DNA from: Vicugna vicugna | Lineage: Eukaryota | Direction of reading: 5' to 3' | Length of the DNA: 64,000 nt | Assembly (NCBI GenBank): GCA_013265495.1 | Contig: MU058781.1 | Span: 11,699,009 to 11,763,008 of the forward strand | Shown: positions 11,790 to 23,700 of the stretch, in pieces | How the letters are laid out: the number at the start of each line of letters is the position of its first letter | Numbering within the stretch: position 1 is the stretch's first letter | Position numbers and translations under genes: made by a program | The notes under the pieces: model-generated | The model's database searches: none | What the model saw: the letters and a program-made list of their open reading frames with translations, nothing else | What the model was told of the DNA's origin: nothing

Positions 11790-12195
11790 ACGAGCCCCAC
11801 GATCCCCACGCTTGGGTGAGGGGCCCATACCTGCAGTCCGCGAGGCGGTGGGGTGGCCCCTGGGCGACCCGCTGCGGAGGGAAGCCGGGCCGGTGCACAC
11901 CTGCCCGGCGGAGGAGCCAGGGAAGGCCCGCCGGCGAGCTCCTGAGGGACCGCTGAACCTATCTTCGTCGACACTCCAGAGTCAGAGGATTCTGGAAAGA
12001 GTGAGCGCTGCTGCTTGAGGTACTCTGAAGACACCACAGAGCGAACAGCTTCCAGAACACGCGCCACAGCGAGAAACCCGCCCAATTGGGCGGTCTCGCG
12101 GGGTTTTGATGCGGTCCTCTTCCGCCACCTACCGACAACATAGGCTCATTGCAGTTTCCAAATACGCGTAGACTCCCTGTTTGGTGGACCAATGC
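11790..12195 (-). promoter_or_regulatory. CpG-island promoter, gene not identified
   Basis: About 33 CpG counted by hand in about 390 bp, in a CpG-depleted background. Contains GC boxes, CCAAT at 12082-12086 and 12189-12193, and a TCTCGCG motif. Minus-strand donor CAG|GTATGG at 11831. Confidence 0.75.
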
Positions 12196-12220
12196 AGGAA
12201 AATGAAACTTACTCAAGGCA

Positions 12221-12282
12221 GTTGGTCTCTGCTAATCCCAAACTCCCAGTTGTAAATCACCTATGCTTCAATTAAAAAAAAA
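12221..12282. mobile_element. Very short 5'-inverted L1 insertion
   Basis: An inverted L1 3'UTR piece, then the forward L1 terminus and poly-A. Flanking repeat tactcaaggca at 12210-12220 and 12420-12430. Confidence 0.6.
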
Positions 12283-12287
12283 GAACA

Positions 12288-12418
12288 GGGAAAGGGTATA
12301 GCTCAAGTGGTAGAGCCCGTGCTTAGCATGCACGGGGTCCTGGGTTCAAGCCCCAGTACATCCTCAATAAATAGACAAACCTAATTACCTCCCCCAGTAA
12401 AACAAACAAACAAAAAAA
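12288..12418 (+). mobile_element. Camelid tRNA-derived SINE (Vic-1 type)
   Basis: GGGTATAGCTCAAGTGGTAGAG...GGGTTCAAGCCCCAGTAC head with A and B boxes, AAACCTAATTACCTCCCCC body and A-rich tail. Confidence 0.9.
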
Positions 12419-12809
12419 CTACTCAAGGCACGTGTTTCTGTCTTCAAATTGATATCGATTTATTCAGTCCTTAAGGAAAATATATATTCTTAAAATCTAT
12501 ATGGCCTATTTTACTGCGTAAATTAGCTCTGATTTTCAGATGCTAAAATAATAACAAACGCGCATAACACGCAGAATTTTGAAATCTTTCTTACAGTCGG
12601 TTAATGCTTTAGAATACATAAAGTTTTTGTGTATATTTTGGTTTTTTTTTTCAAGTCTATTTTATTTTGGTACGAAGTATTTCACTTTAAAACACAATTT
12701 TAATTTTTATCCAGGGTAATGTGTACAAATATTTTAGAAATGAAAGAATACTGAAAGATATATTTAAAACAACATTCTTCTGTCACATCAAAGAGAGTAA
12801 CTGAAGATG

Positions 12810-12875
12810 TGGAGGTACTGGGGATTGAACCCACGACCCTGTACATGCTAGGCACATGCTCTACCCAACCCCCTT
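12810..12875 (-). mobile_element. Camelid SINE, truncated
   Basis: tggaggtactgggattgaacccacgaccctgtacatgctaggcacatgctctacc is the reverse complement of the SINE head. Confidence 0.8.
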
Positions 12876-14084
12876 TGGGTTATTTTTTGTTGTTGTTGCT
12901 GCCTTTCAGGAAAAAAATGATCACCCTAAAGGTAATGAAGGAATTTTTAGAATAGAAATAGTAGATGAGTAAGATTTGCAATCAAGAGTGTGTCCTGTCT
13001 TGCAGAATGAACATTATGGAGTTCCGTGGGGAACCAGCAAATATAGCATGTGAGATTGTCCATATGTCCCAGGGACCTGTGCATTCACTGGAAGATTGAG
13101 AAGATGCTGTCAAAAGCCCAATTGTTCATATCCTTCAATTCAGTAATTCAACTTCCAGAATTCTATCCTGAGGAAAAAATCCAAAAACATGAGAAAAGTA
13201 ATATGGATGATATTCTTCATAAGATTGTTTAATGTTCAACAACAGAATAATTAGTCATTGTTTATTCAGAATATGGAATATTGCAGAGACATGAAAATTA
13301 ATTTAGGGGTGTTTTTGTTTGTTTTTTTCAAAATTATTTTAACATATAGCCATGCAAAAAATATGCAACCTCATGAAGATATAAAATAGTAAGTACAAAT
13401 AGGAATATTAAATAAAACTGGAAAAGAATATTAAAACTATTAAAACTGAGTTAGAGGATCTGCTTGTGTCTTGCGTTTGGGAGACTGGAATGAAATGTCA
13501 CCCAGAAACCTGTGCTTCAGCTAGTATTAATGTGTAGATACCACTCTTGTGGCTGTTAACTGCAAATTTAGCTTGAATTAAGGGTTTGGGGAGACCATTT
13601 AACTTAATTACTGCCAGTTTTGAGATGTCTATGTGAGTGGGTTTGGCATAGATGCAACAATGTGGAAGGCTAGGAAATGGATCACACTCATCTGTGTTCC
13701 TATGGAAACTATTTGAATATTTGTTTTATGTGGAGTTTTATTCACTTTTCCAACACGCTACTAAAGAGTGTCCCTCAACTGCTGAGCAAGCGTTTGTAGC
13801 TTGTGCATTGGCAGAATGAGCCAGAAGCTTAGGGTTGTGATCTATTTTTATTTTTTTAATGAAGTATCTTGAAATTTAAAAAAAAACTGAGTTAAAGATG
13901 GATTTAGAATCTACAATGCTATGTATACTAATATTTCTGTTTCCCTAATTACATGATAAATACAGGAATGCTTTCTTGTTGTTAATGCATTTAAATTATG
14001 CAGAAAGTATATTAATTAAGAAGTGGAGGATCCTGTTATCTGCCTGCTCCTAGCCTTCCTGCTCTCTTTACTACATAGATGTAT

Positions 14085-14205
14085 GGGGGAGGGTAGAGCT
14101 CAGCAGTAGAATGTGTGCTTGGCATGCATGAGGTCCCGGATTCAGTCCCCAGCATGTCCATTAAAATATATGTATATAAACCTAATTACTTCCCCCTCAA
14201 AATAA
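14085..14205 (+). mobile_element. Camelid SINE
   Basis: GGGGAGGGTAGAGCTCAGCAGTAGA...AAACCTAATTACTTCCCCC. Confidence 0.85.
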
Positions 14206-14319
14206 AGTCAACAATGACACATTAAAAAAATTAAAACCACCAATTAAAATAATAGATTGATGTAAGCTCTCCAGATCTTCCTTGGAGTTACACACAGAAC
14301 TATACATGTACACACTAAT

Positions 14320-15900
14320 ATATGTAGTGTCATTTGTAACAAAAAAGCCATAATATTGTATTTCTTGAAACATGATTCTTTTAAAAAATCTGCCTATTTG
14401 CATTATATATATTTACCTCATTGTTTTAACCACTATTAAATGGGATCTACTCTAATATGTTCAATTATTTCACAATTGATAGATACTTGTTTCTTCTCAT
14501 TTTTAAAATGATAAATAATTTTGCAGATAAGCCCTCCTGTATGCTATGTTAATGAATTTAAGATTCTTTTCATTTATTCATTGGCCTTTTGTATTTCCTT
14601 AGAGAATTTCCTATTCATATCTCTTGCAAAGTTTTCTATTTCAATGTTTGCATTTTTATAATTTATTTGTAGGAGCTCTTTATGAATTTTAGATTTTTAT
14701 TATGATTTCACTGAATTTAGAGATGGGTATAACATAAAATATTTCCATGCAGAGCATAATATGCCTCCCCATTTGTTCTAGTTTTCTTTTATATCCCCTA
14801 ACTAAATGTTACTGTCTTCTGTACACCTTGCACACTTCTTGTTAGAATTTATACTACATAAGCCATTTTCAATGGCTATTTACATTACTGAAATAATTTT
14901 TAATTGAAACAATTACCAGGACCAGTTGAAATCATAGCTGTTTCTTAAAGCTATAATGATCTGTCGAATAACTCAAAGAATTATAATTATTAGCCTAATT
15001 TGCTTGTGTACAAGGGAAATCAATCAATAGATTGATTTCATTTCCTCTTAACACACCAAAACCAGGATTTAGATACAAAAAATTTAAAAACAGAGAGAGA
15101 GAGAGAAACTACAGTCAGGGAATAGTAAACTTTGTTTTCCTTTCTTTGGCAAATTACTTATTTCCCACAGCAAGCAAGGAGGCCAGGTGGGGTATCCACC
15201 CTGGGGCAGCAGGGTCATCAAAGAAAACAATTCCAGTTACTTAATGGCCTTTCAGAATCCTCGAGCATTTAAACTTTGAGGTCTTCATGACAGGACGTCT
15301 CTACCGTATCTATTTCTGTTCTTCCTTCTGCACCTCCAGCTCCATGAGGCCAGGCTTCAGCATTTCCCTCACTGGAATCTCTCAGATCCTTAACAGATGT
15401 GCAAATGAAGTTGCTAACAATATTTTTTAAAAAATAAGTTGGAGCATGACAAACTGACCTTAAAATTCTAAAGATGTACAAGCATAGCCTTGAAAATTTT
15501 TTGCCTGCTTGGTTTATCATTTACTGAGATGCGTTCTCAAGTATCATTGCTCTGAATTTTTGTATTTCTTCTTTTAGTTATGTCATTCTTTGATTATGCA
15601 TTTTGAGGCTGTTGTTGTTGCAAAAACATTTCTCCTTTGCTAGCTAGTATAAAGTTAGGCTTTGCCTGTATAGGGGACTAGAAGGGCACTAGAGAAGGAA
15701 GTGGTTTCTGTTGTGGCTCTCCTCAGTTTCTCCAGAACTGGGCTCCTCAAGTCTGAGATGAGCATCAGAGTCCAGCAGCTAGCAGCTTCCCTGGCACCCT
15801 CTAAAATGGCTTTGCAATTGAACTGTGCAGCCTGCAAGTCACCTCCTCATGAAGGGCTTTCCCAGCACCCCCTTGAGCGGCTCTAAGTCAATTTCAAGTC
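14320..15900. mobile_element. Cluster of old L1 fragments in mixed orientation
   Basis: AT-rich degenerate L1 ORF2/3'UTR motifs, for example ttggagcatgacaaactgaccttaaaattc. Confidence 0.5.
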
Positions 15901-16364
15901 ATTCAACTCGTTGGCCTTTTTTGGAATTGACAGATGCCTATTCATGACATTGGGAAAATCCACCCCTAATGCCAAGACTACATCTCTGTGGGTTTCCTTT
16001 TTCTCCTGATCTTGATAGCAGTGGTGGTGGTGGAAAGCCATTAGACTCTGGGTATATTTGGAAGGTGGAGGTGACAGGATTTGCTGATGCAGTGGATGTT
16101 AGCAAGGTATAAAGGATGATTTCATAATTTGGGACTTAATTCATAGAAATGAGATATGAGAGAAGGAAATTATGATGATGTAGGGTAGAAAAAGAAAGGG
16201 GGATGATGTGGACACAAATGAGGAAATGTAGGGTCAACAGACTGAAGGTGTCGGTAAAATCAAAGAATTGCTGGAGTCAGAATATCAGAAGGAGATGACG
16301 AGAAGGCAGGAGAATAAAGACAGGTTTGGTGGCGAGAAAACAAATCCATATTTTAAAATAATCT

Positions 16365-16370
16365 TTTATT
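16365..16370 (-). terminator. Candidate CMAH polyadenylation signal AATAAA
   Basis: tttatt on the plus strand, about 1.4 kb past the stop and followed on the minus strand by U/GU-rich tttgttttct. Other AATAAA hexamers lie nearby (near 16.5 kb and 17.39 kb). Confidence 0.35.
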
Positions 16371-16712
16371 TGCTCATCATATACATTTTAACATATATTC
16401 TATGGATCCACATTACATTTATTTTTAGTGATCACTGAATAACTTACTACTACATAGTATGTAAATCACAAAATATAATCCCTGAATTCCAAGCATTTTT
16501 ATTATGAATAATATGTAGAGTGAACAATCAAACATCATTAGTGTTCATCTTAGTAAGAAGCAGATAATCAACATTTCTATTACTGAGTGTGAACTTAGAA
16601 AATTTAAGGAGATAAATTCCACCATTAGATTCTTGGATCTTCAGAATTAAAGAGGGAGTGTACATAATCAGAAGATCGATTTTGATATTTAAATCAATGA
16701 GAGTCTCTGTGA

Positions 16713-16740
16713 GTGTGTGTGTGTGTGTGTGCGTGTGTGT
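16713..16740. repeat. (GT)9 GC (GT)4 microsatellite, read as (CA)n on the CMAH strand
   Basis: Read directly. Confidence 0.9.
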
Positions 16741-17749
16741 ATTGGAAAAATCAACATGTAAGACAGAAACATAGTTAACCATTACATTTTCCTACAGATG
16801 AATTTATGCATATGTGTCCCAATCACAGGAATAGCTTCAAAAACAACAGACACCAGCAGAAACAGATAAATTAGCAGCATATTTTAACAATTGCAACAGT
16901 GTTTTTAAATGTTCAGAAGAGGATTTCCAAACTTTTTCAAGACACAGGTCTCTACTGTTGATTATTATATGGATTTTGAAAGATTTTTGTCTACAAAACT
17001 CATTACTAGCTAGTGTTCATATTTTTTAATTAATCAAAGACATTTCTATTTGTTAGGATTTATAATCTGCATTAAATACCAAATTTTGTTACTGAATCAA
17101 AACAATTTCAGCCCCAATGAAAATTTCAGCCCCAATGGAATTTCACCTTTTAGGATAGCCACAGAAGCCTTGTTTGGGTAAATATATGATTTCAACAAAA
17201 CTTTCTGAAAAATTGAAAACAGCTCATGAACACATCTTCCTCAATGATATTCAGGGACCCTATCTGGGGAATCAATCTATTAAGGAACAAAATATCAATT
17301 TGTACATTCTTCTTTTTAAATTCATCTTAATTTTTTCTCCTTCCTATTTTCCTCTTATGGCCTCTCACCTATCTATTTCTTTTCTTTATTCTCTTCTTCT
17401 AACCTGACCTTTTTGCTTTCCTACCCCTTTCCTTTTTCCTCATTGTCTTCTAGGAAACCTTTTCTCCTCCTGTTCCATTTCTTCTGTGCTTGGGTTTTTC
17501 TCTCCTCCCATTGTCTTTGCTTTCCATGGAGAATTTGTCCCTGTTGTGTTCACTGGTTCTTGTACAGAGAATTATGGGTGGAATGAGTACCATATTAATC
17601 ATCTGGCTATGTAGTGATAAGATAAGTGAATATCTCCCAAATGAAACATGTGATTATCCGTTGCTGATGTCAATAAGACATAGTCTCTTTGGTGTAAACT
17701 TCTGTGTCCAAGATGCAGCATCAGGAAATTCTTGAGTTTTTCAAGTTGC

Positions 17750-17755
17750 TTATCC
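17750..17755 (-). CDS. CMAH: CMAH terminal exon, coding part (GGA TAA), followed by the 3' UTR
   Basis: Acceptor ctttaattcacag|GGA TAA GCAACTTGAAAAACTCAAGAATT, in phase 0 as exon 14 requires. It resembles my recollection of the primate terminal-exon start. Confidence 0.72.
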   Translation of the reverse strand, partial: G

Positions 17756-20700
17756 CTGTGAATTAAAGATATTACTAATGAACAACCGTATGGCTTGTAT
17801 TAATATTTTTCATTTTTTATTGCACTGGGGTGAGTTTTATTTTTATTCTTTAGTGTGGGATACATAATAGTCTATGATGCATTAAGGTTTAAGAGAGAAT
17901 CTAAAACTGGAATGGGAACTGGAATTGACGCTCCTCCCAACTTCTTACAGGTTCCCCAAGTGCCTGGCTGTAGGTCACATGACTCTCCTGTTTATTTCAT
18001 ACAGTGGATACAGTTAACATCTATTGTTCACTCACCACATGCCACTCACTCTTCCAGAAGGGCCTTACCAATCCGACACAGCCCTGAGGTAGGTGCTATT
18101 AGTACATTCACTTCACAGATGAAAATCTGAGACAGATTTGCCCAAGGTCACAAAGCAGGTAACAGAATCAAGACTGTAACTCAAGAAGTCAGTTTCCAAG
18201 TCTGAAGTGCTGACCACCATGTTTATTGCCTCCTTGATAAGGCAACTCTAAGCTGCACACATTGACTTCCCGACTCCTATTACCTTCACCTTTGCTCCAT
18301 CTCATTCACCACTTACACAGAAGTACCTTTGACCTGCCTTTTTTCAGAGCTGCTCCACCTCCAAGATCTTGGACTTGGTGTCTGTCGTTCACCTGCCTCC
18401 TTCCCTTTAATGCCTCCTGCTTTTTCACAGCTGCTGAACCTGCTCGGCATCTCCACTGAGCCTGTGGACTCTTTGTTCTTCCGGGGTCACTAACACCTCA
18501 TTCCTGCTTTTCCATTCTTCTCTGTCCCACCAGGAGGACTTGCCATTGCCCCAACTCACCTTGAATTTTTCCACCTTTTAACTTCACCCACTCTTCTTGT
18601 CTGGTATATTCTATCATCTCTCCTTCCATTTCAGCTTATTAAAAATATTATCCAACATTCAAGGTGCTCTCCTAACACTGCCTCCCTATTTCCCTGAAGT
18701 ACTACCTTTTCCATAATGTTCTTCCTGGTCATCTCAAAAAGTCAGCTGTAATCTCTCTTCCCAACACTTAGTGTGTACACCAAATATAGTGCTTGTTAAG
18801 TCTACCTTATAATATAGTTTAATGTGAATTCCCTTAGCATCCCTTCCAGCCAATAATCATAATTTAGAAGATCTGGCCCAATGCCTTGTGCTAGACTAGA
18901 GTATGGAACAAAGAATTTTACAGCTGAAAAGAATGTTCTATTTTGTTCCTTAATTTTACTGGTAAGGGCACTGAAGCCTAGTTTAAGAGGCAAGTCACAC
19001 TGACAGTGGGAGACAGAAATTTGCTTGTTCCTTTCTTCCTTGAATGTATATTACAGATAAAAGCATGTGTGCTCTAGGCACTAGGCTGACTACTAGTGTA
19101 CGAAGGCAGAGTGTCTACTTTTGAGAAATGCAGAGTCTACTAACCAGAAGGGACAACAGATTATTGCAATACAATGTGATGAGATAGCCATTTGTGGAAT
19201 AAATGAATATATAAACTATAGTACTTATAGTAATATTATGTTATCATTCCAAGAACAAATATATGGAAACAGGTTTTGTAGTTCAGTTAATAAAATCACA
19301 TTCCAAGTGGTAGGAAGGACTGTCAAATCTGATTCACGCCAGACAAGCTGATCTCCATTAGCCTAGAAAGGTATTTCTATATATTTCAAAATTATCACCT
19401 TAATAAGTCTAGTTATGAAATGTCACAATATAAAGACACTACGTATTTATTGTCTATATGCCTCACGTTGTACATTTCATACTTGTGACTCATTTATTTT
19501 GCAACTGCAAGTTTGTACCTCTTATCTCCCTCATCCACTTCTTTCCTCCCTCCACCCATCTCCCCTCTGGTAACCACCAGTTCATTCTCTACATCTATAA
19601 TTCTGTTTCTGTTTTTTTACATTTGTTCATTTGTTTTATTTTTTAGATTCCAGGTATAAGTGAAATCAAACAGTATTTGTCTTTAGTTGCTGCTTTCCTT
19701 CATGTGTTCAGGATTTAACTCTGAACACTCACTGACCACCTCGGATAATTTTTGTCTCATTTATTAATCTGCATGTTCACCTCAACCAGACCAAAGATTC
19801 CATGGATTTTGGGCTGGATGTACTCACTACTCATTTTATTAACTTATTTTTAAACTTAAATGTTCTTCTTCTAATGTTAGCTCCTCTCATTCCCCTGAAA
19901 GTCAGGCTTTCTGCCAGGCATGGTGCCTGCTGAATTCAGATGCTGAAGAGAGTGTGATAGCACATATGATAAGGGTGTCTCCCAGGTCTACAGGATGCTT
20001 TACTTGGGAAATCTCAGCTCTGCTCTGTTCATAGCATGTCAGGAAGAACTTCCAGTTGGGTGGTGTTAGGGGGAGTTTTATCTGGAAATGGTTCCAAAAC
20101 CTGTAAAAGAGATAAAGCAGAAAAACATGTTCTGGAAACCTCCATGCCTATTGTTTCATCAAGATTTGTTTCAGGACCTGGTACTCAGGTCTCTCTAAGA
20201 GACAGCACTTCGGTACAGCTTCAGATGTTCACGGAGCCATGGAGCTCAGCATTTTCAGTGTGTTGAATGCAGTTCTCTAAAACATGATAAGTGTGTCTTG
20301 TTTTTATTTTTCTGTACGTGCCTTGCTTTAAGGAATTCTTATATGTAAAAATACAGATTTATATTCTGTACATGAAAGCATTAGGACCTGGTACTGGTGA
20401 GGGTTCACATCAATGGGTTATGCACTGTTTCTGGGAAGAAGGGCTTGGCTTCCTGAAGAAAGATTAGGCAGAGTGCACCCAAAGTCTACACACTGTGCAT
20501 GTTGGGTCCAGCAGCTCTGCTCCTAGGAATCTATCCTAAGAGATCACTATGAAAGTGAGCAAGACACATTTCTGGGTTTATTTGCCAAATTATTGTTTCA
20601 AATAGTGTTTTAAGTGTTTTCAAATAGTGACAGGTTAGAAACTTACAGGGTGGATCCAAGATTGTTCAGTAAACATGCGGGTTCAAAACTACGTAAAGTA

Positions 20701-23700
20701 TTATCTCCTCTTTATAGAAAAAAAAGTGCATGTGTTTATGCGTATAAACACAGAAAGATTCACGAGACACCCAGCTATAAACTGTTCTCTCTGGATGATG
20801 GGATTATTTGCAGTTTTAACTCTCTTTTTTTGTATTTTAAACATTTTTTTCAAATTTTCTGTAGTAGGTATGTATTATTTTTATGATCAGAAAAATATTT
20901 AACAAACTCACAAATCCCATTTTTAGAGCAAGAAAGATAAATTGGGCCATGACTGCTTCCCAGGACTCATTATGGGATTGTCTTCCATGTACGTATGGGT
21001 TCTCTTACCAAAAAAATAGAACAAAAAAGTCTTTAGCATCAATATGCCATAAGTTTTCAAGGTGAAATTATTTTCTTACAAAAAGTAACATTTGATTCTC
21101 ACCCAAAGTGGCTACATTCATTTTTTTCCAGAACAAGAAGTCAGGTGTAAGTTCTGTTGAAAATGAACAAAACTTGGAATATTTTACAGCTGTTAAAATG
21201 TTTGGGGTTAAAGGGAACTATATTCAATATCTTGTAGTAACCTAAAATGAAAAAGAATATGAAAACGAATATATGTATATATGTATGACTGAAACATTAT
21301 GCTGTACACCAGAAATTGACACATTATAACTGATTATACTTTAATAGATAAAAATATTTGAGGTTGATCTGTGTGTCCCAACACTAGGGACACTGAAGAT
21401 ACACTGATGAGTAAAAAATGCAAATTACAAAACACATATACTAGGATTACCTTTAAAAAATGACAGCAACAATAACCCTCCCACCCCCACTATATGGAAC
21501 GTTATTATTGAGAATGAATTCACTTAGAGAAATGTTGATATGCTCAGAAGTCGGTCTAGGATGATGCACACTGTGCTGTAATCAAGCGTTATTCTGGAGA
21601 GTGGGTGGAGGAAAAGGCAGGAAATGGAGTTTTGCTGGAGGTGAAGGGTAGCATTATTTCCTTTTCCTTTTATATGTTTCTACATTCTTCAAATATTTTA
21701 AAAATAATTTCAAAACATTCAAGAAGAGAAAAACTTAAAAAGAGCTTTTAAGACATGCCCGTGCTTACAAGCTCAAGGCAGAAGCTAGATAATGGGTTTT
21801 GCTCATGTACAATTAAATTCCTGCACTTTTCAGAGGGTCAGTGGTCATGATAAGCAAGTATTCTTCCTCTTGCTGATTATTTTGTGAATACAAAAATGCC
21901 AAATGGGCCTTTCTAACATTTCGACTCAAAGATTCCAAATATAATCTTAAAGATGTGTACAGTTTTTTTAATAAATTTATTTTTAAATTTTTAAATCAAT
22001 TTTGAGGGATAAGGTAATTAGGCTGATTGATTGACTTAATGGAGGTACTGGTATTGAACCCAGGCTAAGCACACACTCTACCACTGAGCTATACCCTCCC
22101 TGACATATATAGTTTTGCAAGAAGATATTTACATGGTTCAGAAGTGCAGGCAGGCAGAACTCAGAGGACCATTCCCCTTAATCAACTAGTTCACCAAATG
22201 CATGCTCAGAGTTGGGCACAGGCAAATGGGACATGGGAAATGACTGTCTTCAATGATCACCCCATCCTCATTCTTATCTAGGCCAAACACATCCTTTCCC
22301 CCTCACAATGTCCTTCCCTTTCTGATACCATAAACCACTTTCAGAAGAGGCTGAAACACATTTGCCTGAATGTATCAATGATGACTCTTTAAAATGTTCT
22401 TTTCCTAGCTAGATTTGCTTTTCAACAGGGTAACAAAGAAACAAAGCTTGAATGGTGGAATCTCATATATCCACCAACACTGGGGGGCATAGTCAGTCAC
22501 TGACTCTGCTTAGACGCCCACGGCACCTTCTGAAGCAGCCAAGGGCACGACAGGCATGTTCAGACTTACAGGTGATGGTATATGTCAGGATCCCGCTGAA
22601 GCCGGGTTTGGAATCCGATGTACAAGTCATCCCAGAGGAGACCGTTCTTCACCACGTGTCTGATGACATCAACCCGGCTCCGAATCTGAAACAGATATGG
22701 ACAATCAGCAGGGTGTCTCAGCGCCAGCACAGAGTATCAACCCCTCGTGTCCCTGAGAGAAGCAGCTGCCTATAGCAGCAAGGGTTTGTGGAATCAAGGA
22801 GAAAAACCTACCGAGGTAGATATCACAGGCGGAAGGAGGGTAAAGGGGGGTCCCGAGTGCAGCAGAAATGGAGGGAAGGGAAACAGGAAATGGATCAGGA
22901 GCTGGGGGAGCAGAGTGGCTGAGAGCACAGATAGATCAGATTGCTGATTTCAAATCCACACTCTGGCTGTGTAATCGTGGCAACCATTCTGTGCCTTGCC
23001 TCCTCATCTATCAAACGGAGATAATAGAACATTCCTCACGGGATTATTGTGAGGATCCACTGAGTCAGGGCATATAAAATACTTAAAACAAGGCCTGCCA
23101 CGGAGCAAGATTACCTTAATTCAGTGGTCACGGCCCTTACCTTTAAAGAATCCCAACTCCTGACACAGGATCTGTTGAATAGTCAAAGGTGCACAGGGTT
23201 ACGAGACAAGCACAGATGATTTTGGAGTCTTAGCCCAGCCCTTATTAATCATGCAACCTTACTAATCATGCTACGCCTCCGTCTCCACTGTTACAGGGCT
23301 GTGGTGAGGAAAAAACGAGATAATTCATAAAAAGAGCATGAAGTAGCATGAAGGGAAGGTACCCTATAATTAGACATGGTTTTAACCCTTCTTCAGTATC
23401 TGTGTTAAGATTTACAAGGAGCTTTCAGTATCTGGCATTACTTTTTTTTCTCCTGATAAATATCATGCTAATGCCAGTAGAGGCAACATTATCATAAATG
23501 ATAGGCTAGTAAATGACACAGAATAATCAGAAGATTGGCCTTTGGGATTTACTTCTCTTTCCTACACCATTTCTATAAAACAATTATGTCCATTGTGAAC
23601 CAAGATCACAAACACAGGTCAAAGGATCTCTTGTTTTGCCAACAGAGATTTAGAAACATAATTGAACAGTTTGTCAAGTTGAGGACTGCCCAGCTAAGGT

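Noticed and set aside
1-12200. Expected RIPOR2 distal coding first exon (syntenic neighbour from memory)
   Set aside because: I could not find a sequence matching the N-terminus I recall, so no RIPOR2 call is made.
16528-16782. Acceptor-like ctgtag|GAAAATGTA at about 16791 opening an 84-aa ORF, as an alternative last CMAH exon
   Set aside because: It translates through a CA microsatellite (THTHTH). The 17755 acceptor is nearer, better and matches recalled orthologous sequence.
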